Source: Hypanus sabinus (lineage: Eukaryota). Taken from it: a stretch of 64,000 nt of DNA. The DNA lies in contig NC_082711.1 in assembly GCF_030144855.1 (NCBI RefSeq), positions 60,140,001-60,204,000 of the forward strand. The letters are read 5' to 3'. Below, piece after piece: positions 23,827 through 36,149 of the stretch. The position numbers and the translations under genes were made by a program. Under the pieces are notes generated by a model. That model had not been told where the DNA came from, made no database searches, and saw nothing but the letters and a program-made list of their open reading frames with translations. The first letter of the stretch is position 1, and every line of letters starts with the position of its first letter.

Positions 23827-26626
23827 AAGTCCCAGTTCTGGTCACCTACCTACAAGAAAGATATCAATAAGCTTGAAAAAGTGCTGAAAATATTTACATG
23901 GATGTTTACATTACAGTAACAGAGTGAATAGGTAAGGACTATATTCCCTGGAGCGAGAAGAATGAGCAGAGATCTTTTAGAGGTACACAAAGTTATGAGG
24001 AGTATAGATAGAGTGAATGGTACAGGTTTTTTCCCCTTGGGTTGGGTGAGACTAGAGTAGAGGTCATAGGCTTGGGATGAAGATGAATATTTAAGGGAAA
24101 CCTGAAAGGGAACCTCTTCACTCAGACGGAAGTGCAAATGTGGAATGAGTTGCCAGTGAAAGTGGTAGGTATTGTAACTGTTCGATGGTAACAATTTTGA
24201 GAAGTTTCGATAGATAATGCAAGAGGAAAGTATGGAGGGTTATAGTCTGGGTACAGAAAACCAGGCTGGCATAATTGACAGGCCGAAAGGCCTGTTTCTG
24301 TGCCGTAGTCTCTATGACTCTGTCACTCTGTTATGGATAATCTGTTCAGAGGTCCATTGAAGCAGCCTCTGGCAATATATTTCATTGCATTTTCACTATT
24401 TAGTCACCAGACTGTAGAATATTTGAAGCTCAGGAATGAACAAGTATCTTTAAGTTGCTGAATTGGTCCGTCAAATTAATTGAAGAGTCATTGATGTACC
24501 AAGCAAATCAGGAGTCCATTTGTTACTTTGAAATGTCTCACCCAATTAAGTTTTCTTCCCTCTTCTTTTCCAATCATTTGTTATTTTTCTCAGGTATTTA
24601 CTCAGTTTAGAGGCTTTAGTTGATAACCGTCCTATCCAATCACTCCTTTTAATCAAAGTTCTCCATTCCTGATGAACCTCTTCTGCAGTTTTTCTACTGC
24701 TCCTACATCCTTCATGTATCAGGATAAACATTCTCCTGGTGTGAACATTTCACTTCTTGGCTGATGAAATTACAACCAGCTGCACATCCAAACTTCATCT
24801 TGATAACAAACTTTGTATAATTGGTAGTGCTGGCCATGTCACATGTATGGAAAATAATTACGCATTTGACTTCACATCAGTCTTCCTTTGTTGCTATGAC
24901 ACACAGGAGAGAACTAATTTAGTTCTCTTTTATGCTTGTTCTTAAAGTAAGATAGCAAAATGCTCATTGACTACATCATTACAGGGCTTGAGTGGAAATA
25001 TACCATTCAAAGCAATAAATGGTACGTCAATACATAGCTAAATGAATATTTAATCTAAGATTGGGTTAATGCACCAGAGAATTTTTATTTTTAGATTCAA
25101 TAGTATCTTATGTGATTGTATTTGACAAAACTGCTTTTAGAAGCTAGTCTCTGAGCAGAAAATGCCCCAAACTGTAATGAAGGTGCTTATTCTTATTTAG
25201 CTTTGTTCCATCTCATAGGAAGGTAGAGATATAAGGAGAATGAGTAATCATTGGTCAGAAGTGCAACACAACATAAGGCCCAGCTGTTTAACCCAGGTCA
25301 ATAGCTCTCACTCACATATGCATGCTTTACATAATGTAACTAACAAGGCTGGCAGTTTTTCAGTTTCTTAAATAAGAAAATGGATTGGGAAATTAAATCT
25401 ATCTCCAGACTTATAATCAGATTTTCATTGCAGTTAAGTTCCATTCCCCTAGGAAATCTTCCTCCAAGCCTGCATTAAATGTACTGCAAGTGCAGAAGGA
25501 ACACTGAGGCCAGTAAATTTAAAAATATTTCAAGCAAATGTTTGTCAGTCTTACTATTTAATATTTTTCTGTTGTTACCTTCTGATCTTTTTGAATATTT
25601 GTGAATGTCAAGGAAAGCAATTCCAATCTTGACACTTGGTTTTGACTCAGTTATCCCCCACATTGACAGCCACCAGCGGAACGTTTGTTGCAATCAATGC
25701 CAGCTGCAGTTGGATGGACCTGAGGGTAAATGTTACTGAGTGTCAAAGCCATTCTGTGAGTGCAGTTGAGAGAGCCTGCACTCCACTGTACAGAGATGAG
25801 CCTCTCCTTTGAGCCGAAGGCTGGCCATCCAGCATGAAACCTCGCAAGAAACAGATAAAATAAAAACATATTTTCTGAAGAGTGGCTCAGTTCAGAGCTC
25901 TGAGATGTAGGGGGGATTCGCATGGTTTGCAATAGACATGTACAGCAATGTAAATGAGTGCCTGGTGGTCAGGATGGATAGTCCTGAAGGTCCTGTTTTT
26001 GTACTGCATTTCTTTATAATTCTATGAAAAAGAAACCAACGAAAGGTTCTTCCTTGCAGTCTGAGACCCTTTGTGAGAACTGAGTTGGAGAGAAAACACC
26101 TTTGTTTTAAAGCTGCAGGGATAGATTTATAGGACAGAGGGAACATCTTTGCTAGGACAAATCCAGGGGTGCTATGGAGAGGAGCTTAAATGATGCCATC
26201 TGAGATTCATGAAGTAATGGGGTATTTGGAGAGAGTCTCCACGGTCCTTTGTTCATGAAAACTAAGAAAAGAGAGCATTTATATAGTGAGAACACCTTCA
26301 AAGGAATGTAAAGTTATTTGCCATCCATCTGTTATTTTAGCTTAGTGTTTCTCTGTCTATTAGTACAGGCTGACCCGCTGTGAATGAATATCCTGCAGTC
26401 CTAACTTGACACTAACTGTAATCTCTCCTCCCAGTTCCGACAAACAATTAATCTGAAATGTTAACTGTTTCAACTTCTATAGCTATTGCCTGATCTGCTG
26501 AGTGATTTCAGATTGTTTTTGATTTTCAGAATGGCATGATTTATTGTTGGAGGAATTGAAGATAAGAATATGGAGGCTATGCTTCAGTTATATGGTGCTT
26601 TAGTGAGACTACATCTAGTATACTGT

Positions 26627-27481
26627 CAACACGAGTGAATCTGTAGATGCTGGAAATAAATAAAAACACAAAATACTGGCAGAACTCAGCAGGCCAGACA
26701 GCGTCTATGGGAGGAGGTAGTGATGACGTTTTGGGCCGAAACCCTTCATCAGGAGTGAAGTCACATGGGATGGTCAAGGGGGGATAAGAAGTGGGGGGAG
26801 GGATAAAGTAGAGAGCTGGGAAGTGATAGGTTGGAGGGAAATAGGCTAGGGGGAAGGTGGAGAATTATGGGAAATAAAAGAGAAAGAAAGGCATGACAGG
26901 GTGGAGATTATAGTGAGGGGGGAAAAGAGAGGGAAAGAGAACCAGACTAAAATTATAGATAGGGATGGGGTAAGGGGGGGGGGGCAGGGGTATCAACGGA
27001 GGTCAGTGAGTTGGATGTTCATGCCGGCAGGTAGGAGGCTACCTAGGTGGGAGATAAGGTATTGCTCCATCGACCTGCGTGTGACCTCATTTCCCGTCTA
27101 GGTAGCCTCCTACCTGACGGCATGAACATCCAACTCACTGACCTCCGTTGATACCCCTGCCCCCCCTTACCCGATCCCAATCTATTATTTTAGTCTGGTA
27201 ATCTTTCTCTCTCTTCTTTTCCCCCCTCACTATAATTTCTCCCAAGCCCTACCTTTCTTTCTCTTTTATTTCCCATAATTCTCCACCTTCCCCCTAGCCC
27301 ATTTCCCTCCAGCCTATCACTTCCTAGCTCGCTACTTTATCCCTCCCCCCACTCCTTATCCCCCTGTGACCATCCCATGTTACTTCACTCCTGAAGAAGG
27401 GTTTTGGCCCGAAACGTTGTCACTACCTCCTCCCATAGATGCTGTCTGGCCTGCTGAGTTCTGCCAGCATTTTGTGTTTTT
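26627..27481. mobile_element. Fold-back (inverted-repeat) Penelope-like insertion with 14-bp TSD
   Basis: Arms ~26660-27060 and 27084-27483 are reverse complements, and the right arm encodes the EN C-terminus LISRLGSLLPDGMNIQLTDLR*. TSD atctagta(t/c)actgt at 26613-26626 and 27482-27495, inside a CR1 fragment. Confidence 0.9.
27385..27425 (+). ncRNA. Penelope-associated minimal hammerhead-ribozyme-like motif
   Basis: CTGAAGA (27391-27397), stem II gggt...gccc, GAAAC (27411-27415), then GTT. The opposed copy at ~26725-26755(-) has CTGATGA but GAAA>AAAA. Stem I pairing is poor in this copy. Confidence 0.5.
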
Positions 27482-27664
27482 ATCTAGTACACTGTGTTCA
27501 TTTGTGATCCCCTTATTTAATGCTAATGCATTGGAAGCAGTTCAGAGAAGATCTGCTAGACTAATATTGGAATGATGAGTTGTATTACAAGGAAATATTG
27601 GACAGGCTGTGTCTGCTGAAATTTAAAAGAATGAAAAGTGACTCGATTTAAATCAGAATGGATA

Positions 27665-30455
27665 GAGTCACAGTGTCATTGAGCCATTGAGTAATACAGT
27701 GCAGATACAGGCCTTTGGGTCTAGGAGTTCTTGGCGACCAGAGTGCCCACCCAGCACTCTGTTCCTGTTATAGGCCCATATTCTTTTATGCTTCACTTCC
27801 CCAAGTGCTTCTTAAAAAATTCTGTTCTACCTGCCCCAACTACTTTTTCTGTCGTCTTCCATATGCTCACCACCCTTTCTGTGGAAAAAAGTTGCCTTTT
27901 AAATCGTTCCCCACATACCCTAAATCTATATCCCTTAGATTTGGTCTCCAACCCTGAGGAAGGCTCTTACCTTATCCTTGCCTCTCAGAATTTTAAATAC
28001 CAGAGTTCTGTAAGGTTGTTCCTCATTCTCCCACATTCCAAGGAATAAATTAGATTAGATTAGATTAGATTAGATTCAACTTTATTGTTATTGTGCTGAG
28101 TACAGATAGAAAGCCAATGAAATGCAGTTAGCATCTAACCAGAAATGCAAAGAATAGTGTTATTTACAAAATAACTGCGAATAAAAAGTGCTACAGCATA
28201 CAAATACAAAAGTACTGAGACAGTACAGTATGGGTGCAATACTGCTTAGCGCTGTGATGTGAGGTTCAGCAGGGTCACAGCCTCAGGGAAGAAGCTCTTC
28301 CTGTGCCTGCTGGTGTGGGAGTGGAAGCTCTTGTAGTGTCTACTGGATGGGAGGAGAATAATAAGTCCATGGTTAGGGTGAGATGCATCCTTGATAATGC
28401 TTTTTGCCCTGCCCAGGCAGCGTCTATGATAAGTGTTCTCAATGGTGGGTAATTGGGTGCTGATAATCCGCTGGGCAGTTTTCACCACCCGCTGGAGTGC
28501 TTTGCGGTCCGATGTGGGACAATTGCCATGTGATGCAGTTGGTGAGTATGTTCTCAATGGTTCAGTGGTAAAATTCCGTCAGTATCCCGGGACAGAAGTG
28601 AGCTTTCTTTGATGCTCCGCAGGAAATAAAGGCACTATTGCGCCTTTTTGATCAGATTGGAGGAGTTCAGGGACCGGGTGAGATCCTCAGAAATGTGGAC
28701 ACTAAATAATCTGAAGCTTGATACACGCTCCACAAAAGCTCCATTGATGTAGATGGGGATGTGAGTGCGGCTCCTAGCATGCCTGAAGTCCACAATGATC
28801 TCCTTGGTCTTCCGGGTGTTAAGGGCAGGGTTGTTGTCGGCACACCACGCGGCCAGGTGCTGGACCTCATCCCTGTAGGCCGTCTCGTCATCCCATCTGA
28901 TCAGGCCAAACACCGTGGTGTCATCTGCAAACTTGATTATGGAGTTAGAACCATGTACAGGAACACAGTCATAGGTGAAAAGGGAGTACAGAAGAGGGCT
29001 CAGCACACAGTCTTGAGGCACGCTGGTGTTCAGGGTGAGAGTGGAATACTAGTCTGACCAACCTCTCCCTATAAGTCGGACCTTCTAGACCTGCCAACAT
29101 TTTCATAAATCTTTAGTGCACTCTTTCCCATTTGACCACATTTTTCCTATGACAGGGTGACCAAAGCTATATGCAGTACTCCATGAGAGTACATCAATGA
29201 CTTTTACAACTGCGTCACAATATTCCAACTCCTATACTCAATACCTTGACTGATGAATGTCACCATACTAAATACCTAATTTACCACTCTTTCTTCCTGT
29301 GATGCTGCTTTCAATCAACTATGCACCTGTACTCCTAGAACTTTCTGTTCCATTACACTCCCTAGTGCATTCCATTAATAGCATAAGTCCTACACTGGTT
29401 TGACTTTCCAAAATGCATCATCTCTCAGTTATCTGTATTGAAATCCATTTGCAACTCTTTAGTCCACTTCCCTAACTAATCAAGATCCTTTGTAATTTAT
29501 GTTAACCTTCTTCATTCTCAAAGGCATCTCTGACTACCGTGTCATCTGCAAGCATACTGATCTTGTGTATTCATTATTTTTTATATATATAAATAATGGA
29601 TAACACAGGTCCCAATATTTCACCCTGCAGCTCACCACTAGTCACCAGCCTCCATTCCGAGAAACAGCCTTCACTCATCACTCTCTGCTTCCCACCTCAG
29701 AGTCTATTTTGAGTTGACCTAACTAGTTTTCCCTGGTGCCAAATCTGAAAGATCAGCCTACCATGTGGGACTTTGTTGAAAGCCTTGCCAAAGTTCAAAA
29801 GGACAATGTACATTGCCCTATGCTACCATTTTGCTTACCTGTTCAAAAAACTCTGAATGTCTCATCAAGCACAATTTTGCACTCACAACTCCCAGTAACT
29901 TCCCTCCGGCAACTTTCCCACAAGTGATGTCAGGCTGACTGGCCTGTAGTTCTCTGCCTGGCCACTGAAATCCTTGCTAAAACATTGGAACATGCTCAGC
30001 CACTTACCAATCTTTGGGAACTTCATAATGAAGCAAATATATCTACAAGGTATTCTGCAATTTCCTCTCTAGCTTCCCAAAATACCCAAGGATGCATTCA
30101 GTCAGGCACGAGGGATTTATCCATTTTAATTTGCTATAAGGGTGCAGATACCTCCTTCCTGCTCATTTGACTACTGTGCAAACCATGTCCACTTGTTTTC
30201 CTTATCTCTTGAGTATCATGATCTTCTTCTCAGTAAGCACCGAGGAGAAATATTCATTAAAAATTCTACACACTCCTGCAGTTTAAGACATTGGAGGTCC
30301 TGCTGATCTCTGAGGAGAATTGCTCTCTCCCTCGTCATCTTTTTACTTTTAATATAGCTGTAGAACTTCTTTGGATTTTCCTTAATAACTTTGCCTGCCA
30401 GACCCATCTCATCCCCTCTCATCAATGTCCTGATTTCTCTCTTAAGAGTATCCTT
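27665..30455 (-). mobile_element. CR1 LINE (ORF2 plus 3' end), interrupted by Rex-Babar
   Basis: KENPKKFYSYIKSKK, FAKAFNKVPH-like and ADDT remnants on the minus strand; 3' part at 27665-28047. Confidence 0.85.
28048..29055 (-). mobile_element. Rex-Babar LINE 3' half with (TCTAA)n tail
   Basis: PQDCVLSPLLYSLFTYDC...IIKFADDTTV...NTRKTKEIIVDFR; KALQRVVKTAQRI; (ttaga)n at ~28049-28075. Confidence 0.92.
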
Positions 30456-30514
30456 AACCTTTGTGAAAAGACTGTTTCCTCTTGGAGGAGAATCTAGAAC
30501 TAGGAGTTACAGCA

Positions 30515-30665
30515 GTTTTTGTCCGTGTGCACCAGTTTCCTCCCACATCCCAAAGGCACAAGGGTTAGTAGCTTAATTGGTTACAAGGGTGTAATTGGAC
30601 AGCACAGGCTCATTGGGCCAAAGGGCCTGTTACTGTGCTGTATCTATAAATAAATAAGTGAATAA
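30515..30665 (+). mobile_element. V-SINE (HE1-like) 3' part
   Basis: V-domain gtttcctcccacatcccaaag...ttaattggtt and CR1-type tail gggcctgttactgtgctgtatctataaataaataa. Confidence 0.7.
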
Positions 30666-31984
30666 ATAAGTAACTGTGACAGATTGTGGCAATTATTTTG
30701 TATTTTTTCAGTTGTTGGATCTCTCATCTCCAAAGGGTAACAAAAGTCAAATCCTTGAATACTTTTAAGGCAGAAGTAGCTACAAGATGAATTATCATGA
30801 CCATTGAGGAAATGGTTCATATTTTGAAATGCCCATTTATGGATATTTAATTCATATTCAGTGTTTAAGGTAGGTACTTTATGAAGTAGTATGTTATTGA
30901 GTAGTATATCATTAAAGCTTAACAAACACTTGTTCGTGGCCTCATGGAATTGTACACCACAGAAACAGGCCCTTCAGCCCACTTTGTTCATGCTGGCCTT
31001 TATACCGATCTACACTGATCTTATTTGTCCCCAGTAGGTATATGTGCTTCCATGCCTTAATTGTGTATCTGAACTTGCCTTAAGGATAGTAATTGTATCA
31101 GATTCCACCTCCTTCTCAGGTAGTATGTTTCAGATATCAACCAATGTCTGTGTAAAAAACAACAAGGTAGATTGTGATGTCAAGAGTCCTTCATATCATA
31201 TGAGGGAATTGTTTAACAGTCTCATGCCAGTGGTTTAGAAGCTATCCTTGAGCCTTGTGCATGCTTTCAGGACATATAGCTTCTGCTCAATGGAAGAGGG
31301 GATTTAATTACGTAATGCTAGATTCCCTATTGTACAGAGGGATCTGAACTCATTGCATCAGGATCAATGGCTCAAACTTCTCGATACTTTTCTAAGTAAC
31401 TTAATCTGTCAAGGCTTTGTTACAGTTTTAATATGATTTAGGTATTCAAATAGAGTAGAGCAAAATTTAAGACTTGTTTTACTTATTTAAATAATTAAAA
31501 ACATAAGTCTCTGCTGCATACTTAAACAATTAAAATAGTGACTAAGCATTTCAAAATGCAAATAAATAGATAAAAAGAGATTTGAATAAAGTTAGTAAAT
31601 AAATGAATTTGCTCTTCCATATTCCTACCAATCTCTTGTGATAGTTGAATAGGGACTCCTGTTCTGGTGAGGAATGTGAGCACGACTGGGCCAGGTAGTG
31701 AACCCTGCACTGGTTCTGTCACCCAGCAGCACTTGCCCATTTTCCACATCTGTGAATTACTGACATATGGACTTCTGAATTAGGACAGAATTCTTGCGCC
31801 GGCTCCGCCATTCGATAAGCTGACATGATTGTGACCTCAATTCTATTCCCTCCCATCTCCTGGAACTCTTAAACCTTTTCTTTATCTGAGTATGGCTGAA
31901 CAGAGATGCCTACTTTTGAACCATTCGATTGGTACAATTTATCACATGGAGGGAGCAGAAAGGAACGTGGTACTTAGATTGTAT

Positions 31985-32280
31985 GTTGGCGCGTGGCCAA
32001 GTGGTTAAGGCGTTCATCTAGTTATCCGAAGGTCGCTAGTTCTAGCCTTGGCTGAGGCTGCATGTGTGTCCTTGAGCAAGGCACTTTACCACACATTGCT
32101 CTGCGACGACACCGGTGCCAAGCTGTATGGGTCCTAATGCCCTTCCCTTGGACAACATTGGTGGTGTGGAGATTTATGTGCAGCTTCCATAAAAAAATCC
32201 TTGCCCAGGCTTGTGCCCTGGAAACTTTCCAAGGTGCAAATTCATGGTCTATCGAGACTAACGGAGGCTTACATACTACT
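31985..32280 (+). mobile_element. tRNA-derived CORE-type SINE
   Basis: A box tggccaagtgg, B-box-like agttctagcc, CORE-like tgtgtccttgagcaaggcactttacc, short (tac)n tail. Confidence 0.75.
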
Positions 32281-33161
32281 GGGTATGTACCCAGTACATA
32301 CAGGGCTTACAGTGGTTCTTGATATGCAATATTAGATTGAGTGTTGCTGTTATATTATCTAGTTCTCTGCTCAGAGAGTTAATAGAAATTCTCATGAATA
32401 AATGGATTTTAACACTTACATTATACAACACGTGTTTGAGTTCTTCCAGGTTAACATCAACTGTGAATCTTGGAGTACATGAAATGTGTTTGGCACAGCT
32501 TTGTGGGCCGAAAAGCCTGTATTGTGCTGTAGGTCTTCTATGTTTCTATGTGCTGTATCCTGTTTATATCTCCTTTCATACCATGTGATAACCAGAAAAG
32601 CTATTTGTCAGTGGAAAAATATAACATCTGATCTCAGTCTAGTTTAACAAGTTTAGTTTGACTGCTATTCACCTTTGGTGACATTGTTTTCCATCTCCCC
32701 TTCCCATGTGTGATGGTGCAATTATTACTTTCCAGAAATTGGACTTCAGCCATTAATGACATTGTTTTAAAATTAGACATATACTGAATATGGAAGGTAA
32801 ACAGAATTCACTTTGCTTTGTCATCTATTCAGACCTTGACTTCTCAATCTTCTGATATGTGCAATCATAGTTGAAAATCTGTCTATTATTATGACAAGCT
32901 GAGGGTGGTTGAAGCCTGTAGCACTTTTCATGTGTGCTGAAGTTAATCTGTAGGCCTATAATTATCACTTACATCAGAAAGACAAGGTTGAAATTTACCA
33001 ATAGTGGCTTAGAGATAAAACAAAACAACATTGGATAGATTGAAGGAAGTCATCCAGCCATCTTGGTGATGTTGGCAGTTTGAAAGAACTACTTTGTCCA
33101 CCCCAAACACCTTCAAATCAGCACTTTGTTGTCTTTTTGCACCCCAATTTTTTAATGAAGC

Positions 33162-34026
33162 TGTTACGAATGTGGAGCAACTCTGAGGAGCTGAAGGGTA
33201 CAAAGTCGCCCCCTCCTTTTTGAGAATCGCAAGATTGCTATTATTTCGGGTCTGAGACCCAGGAAATGAGAGAGAGAGACGCAGAATACACAACCAGGTG
33301 GAATGTCTCCTGACATAAGCGGAACGGAACCACTGATCACTGTTATTGTCTCTTGGAGAAGGAATTGTGTATTTAGTACTGTACTATTCATTGAAACCCC
33401 TCAGGGGACAACCAGAGTGGTCTGGTTGAGGGATTGCATCATCCCAACCTGAATGACATCTGAGACCCCATGAGTGAAGATAAAAGATGGGTCTGGGGAA
33501 CACCCCTTTAGACGCACCAGGAGAAACGCTAGTAATCCAGTGACAGCGTTTTATAGCGAAAGCCGGTGGGAGCTCGTGTGTGTCCTCCCTTGCCTGGGTT
33601 GCAGGCTCATCACAGAAGAACGGTTTAGCTAAAGGAGAGGTCATATTTGAACGGCCACACCAACGAGACACCGATGGATCGAAATCATAAAGGAAAGTCG
33701 GCAAGTTTTTCTCTTTCTCTCTCTCTCTCCAACAGTTGCAACACAGCGATAAACAAACGACGGCAGCCTGTGTGAACTGAAGCAAACTTTATATTTCCAT
33801 CGGACAATACATTATCCCCTAGATAATGATAGAGCTTATTTCTTATTGATTATTATTATACCCGCACTTTTAGGTTTAGTATTGATGACGTATATTATCT
33901 GTATATTTGCATTGATATTATTTTTGTGTATTTTTACTAATAAATACTGTTAAAAATAGTATCATTAGACTCCAACGGACCTCTCTATCTTTGCTGGTAA
34001 GTGACCCAGTTATGGGGTTCATAACA
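33162..34026 (+). mobile_element. Solo LTR (865 bp) with 4-bp TSD
   Basis: tgttacgaa...ttcataaca termini; aagc duplicated at 33158-33161 and 34027-34030; AATAAA at ~33939. Confidence 0.9.
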
Positions 34027-34828
34027 AAGCTTAATATTAAATCTGCTTCCACCAATGTTTCAGATATTTGTTTTCAAATTAAGACCAGTCACTACATTGA
34101 AAAACATTTTCCCATTTTGCTACTTAACTTCAAAATGTCATCACCTGGTCACTGACTTGCCCATGCTGGAAGCATTACTCATTCTACCGAAACCTTTCAA
34201 TATCTCAAGCACTGCTATCTGCTCACCCCCAACCATTCTCCCCAAAAGGAAAATCACCATAGATTCGCTCATCTCACAAAATAGCAACAGTCTTTCATCA
34301 CTCCAAATGTTCTCCATACCCATTCTAAGATCTTTATTCCTTCCTAAACTGTGGCTCATAGAGTCTGCTGCATTGGTCAGATCAGACATAATCAGTCTTG
34401 CATAACTTCCTTGTGAACCTGTGAGTCCATTGAATGCTGGAGGCTTTGAAGTGAGGTTGGTAGTGTACCAGGATAAAACACTTCTTGAAATAAAACATCT
34501 CCAAACATCAGACACTAACTAAAATTATAAATACTTTGTCTCAAGTAGTCTCATTAACTATGAATTACACTTCATGCAACTTGTATTGTTACAATCATGG
34601 CATGCAAGTCTTTGAATGGGGCAAGTATTCTTCCAACGTGTGTGTCTTCTGTGCTCGTGTCACACTATCCCAGTATAGCCCACTACCCACACTCACCCAC
34701 CGCACACTTCCTGTGACCAAGCATTCCTTCAGTGGCTCTGCGATTGGATTACAGATGCCTCATGAAGCAGAATAGAACCCAGTCAGTAAACTGGTCTCGT
34801 ACTGGTTCCTGTGACTCCTCTGCTAGAT

Positions 34829-35554
34829 CAGTGGTTCCCAACACAGGGGGGTAATTTGATTTTTAAGGGGGGCAATTTGAGAATGAGTTATTAACAGTGA
34901 ATTTTTTCTAGTAAGTCTGTGTGAGTATGAGTGTGTGTGTGCGAGTTAATACATATGTGTATATACAGTATGCACACATAAAAATACTTGTGTGTATGTA
35001 CATGTGTAATTGCGTATGTACTGTATATATAGTGTATCACCATCATTGCAACCATCAAATGGCTTTCATAATTAAATCAATGAATTGACTGATGTAGGAA
35101 GGAACGAATGAACAAGTCCAAATGCGTAAGAAACTCGTACGAGGTCGCGCCAATGCTGATTTTTGCAGTAGCTTTCGGTTCTTGGTGGTGTGAAGGTGTG
35201 TACATTGCGTCATCTCTTTTAAACGGTATAGCTGTCTTTGTATGCTGTTGAAACTAATCGGCATTGTTTTATTTATTATTATTATTTTAATATCACTTAA
35301 TGTTCTTTTTTTACAATTTCTTAGTAATTTCTTCCTCAGAACTTTAACAGTCCTTTGGTTCTTTTATTTTTCTCTTTCATGAATGCCATGTTCTTTGGAA
35401 GCTTGTTTAAACCAAGTTAATGGTCTTTTAGGCTTCCTCCAGGTGAATAGGAGTTCACTTTTTGAATAATAAGAATTATATATCACCACAGGGGGCATCA
35501 GGATTTTAGAGGTGATTAGGTGGGGCATGGCCAAAAAAAGGTTGGGAACTACTG
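34829..35554. mobile_element. hAT (Charlie-like) non-autonomous DNA transposon
   Basis: TIRs cagtggttcccaac / gttgggaactactg; exact 8-bp TSD tgctagat at 34821-34828 and 35555-35562. Confidence 0.92.
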
Positions 35555-35599
35555 TGCTAGATGCTGTTAGAGCCAAAGTTGCTTAAAAAGCATTCATAT

Positions 35600-36030
35600 G
35601 TATATGATGGAAGGTGAGGTAGAGCTACCTCTGTACCAAAGGAGGTATAAGGCACTCCTTCTCTGCGCCAGCCTGCAGATCACCATTGAGAACTGTGTAG
35701 CACCTACTTAGCTTCCTGATCAGGGTCACAAAAAACAATGGGAGCAGGTAGTGGATGGTCTAATGAGCAGTCAGTGCATATCTCAAGTCCTGGTTATGTG
35801 ACCACTGATGCCAGGCAGACAATCTCTGAAGAGTATTGATAATGGCTGGGGTCACCTGTCTTGTAAAGGCAATGGCAAGCCACTTCTGTAGAAAGACTTG
35901 CCAAGAATAATGGATAGAGACAGGAGTGGGAATGGCAGCGTGAGTGGAGTCTTCTCCACATGCTGCAATGACTTGCAGATTAAGGACAGATGGAAGACCA
36001 TGATCACCCATGTCCTACAACACCACATAA
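35600..36030 (+). mobile_element. Probable RTE-related SINE/non-autonomous element
   Basis: aaggcaatggcaagccacttctg...cttgccaagaa resembles the RTE/BovB/Sauria-SINE motif; no ORF. Confidence 0.45.
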
Positions 36031-36149
36031 TATTGTTTATGATCTACGTGAATAATAAAAACAAATCAAAAATTATGAAAAATAAAATTACTTTAAAATG
36101 CTGTTAACTATCAAATATTTAACTTTACTTATCAAGTAAAACCATGTAG

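Larger units (their letters stand above)
22240..24330 (+). mobile_element. Fragmented CR1 LINE (22240-22797 and 23827-24330) interrupted by mariner and LTR pieces
   Basis: ORF2 remnants (ggtaagttattggaagggatt; cagttctggtcacctacctacaagaaagatatc = QFWSPTYKKDI) and CR1 tail ggcctgtttctgtgccgtagtctctatgactct. Confidence 0.8.

Noticed and set aside
28049-28075. (TTAGA)n as an interstitial telomere-like repeat
   Set aside because: It is the simple-repeat tail of the adjacent minus-strand Rex-Babar element, not TTAGGG.
31985-32060. tRNA gene
   Set aside because: A/B boxes are present but no clean cloverleaf or acceptor stem, and the sequence continues into a CORE domain and tail, so it is a SINE head. 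The same applies at 52626.
34141-34515. 124-aa minus ORF and overlapping 116-aa plus ORF in unique sequence
   Set aside because: No recognisable motif and no convincing splice pair; the lengths are compatible with chance.
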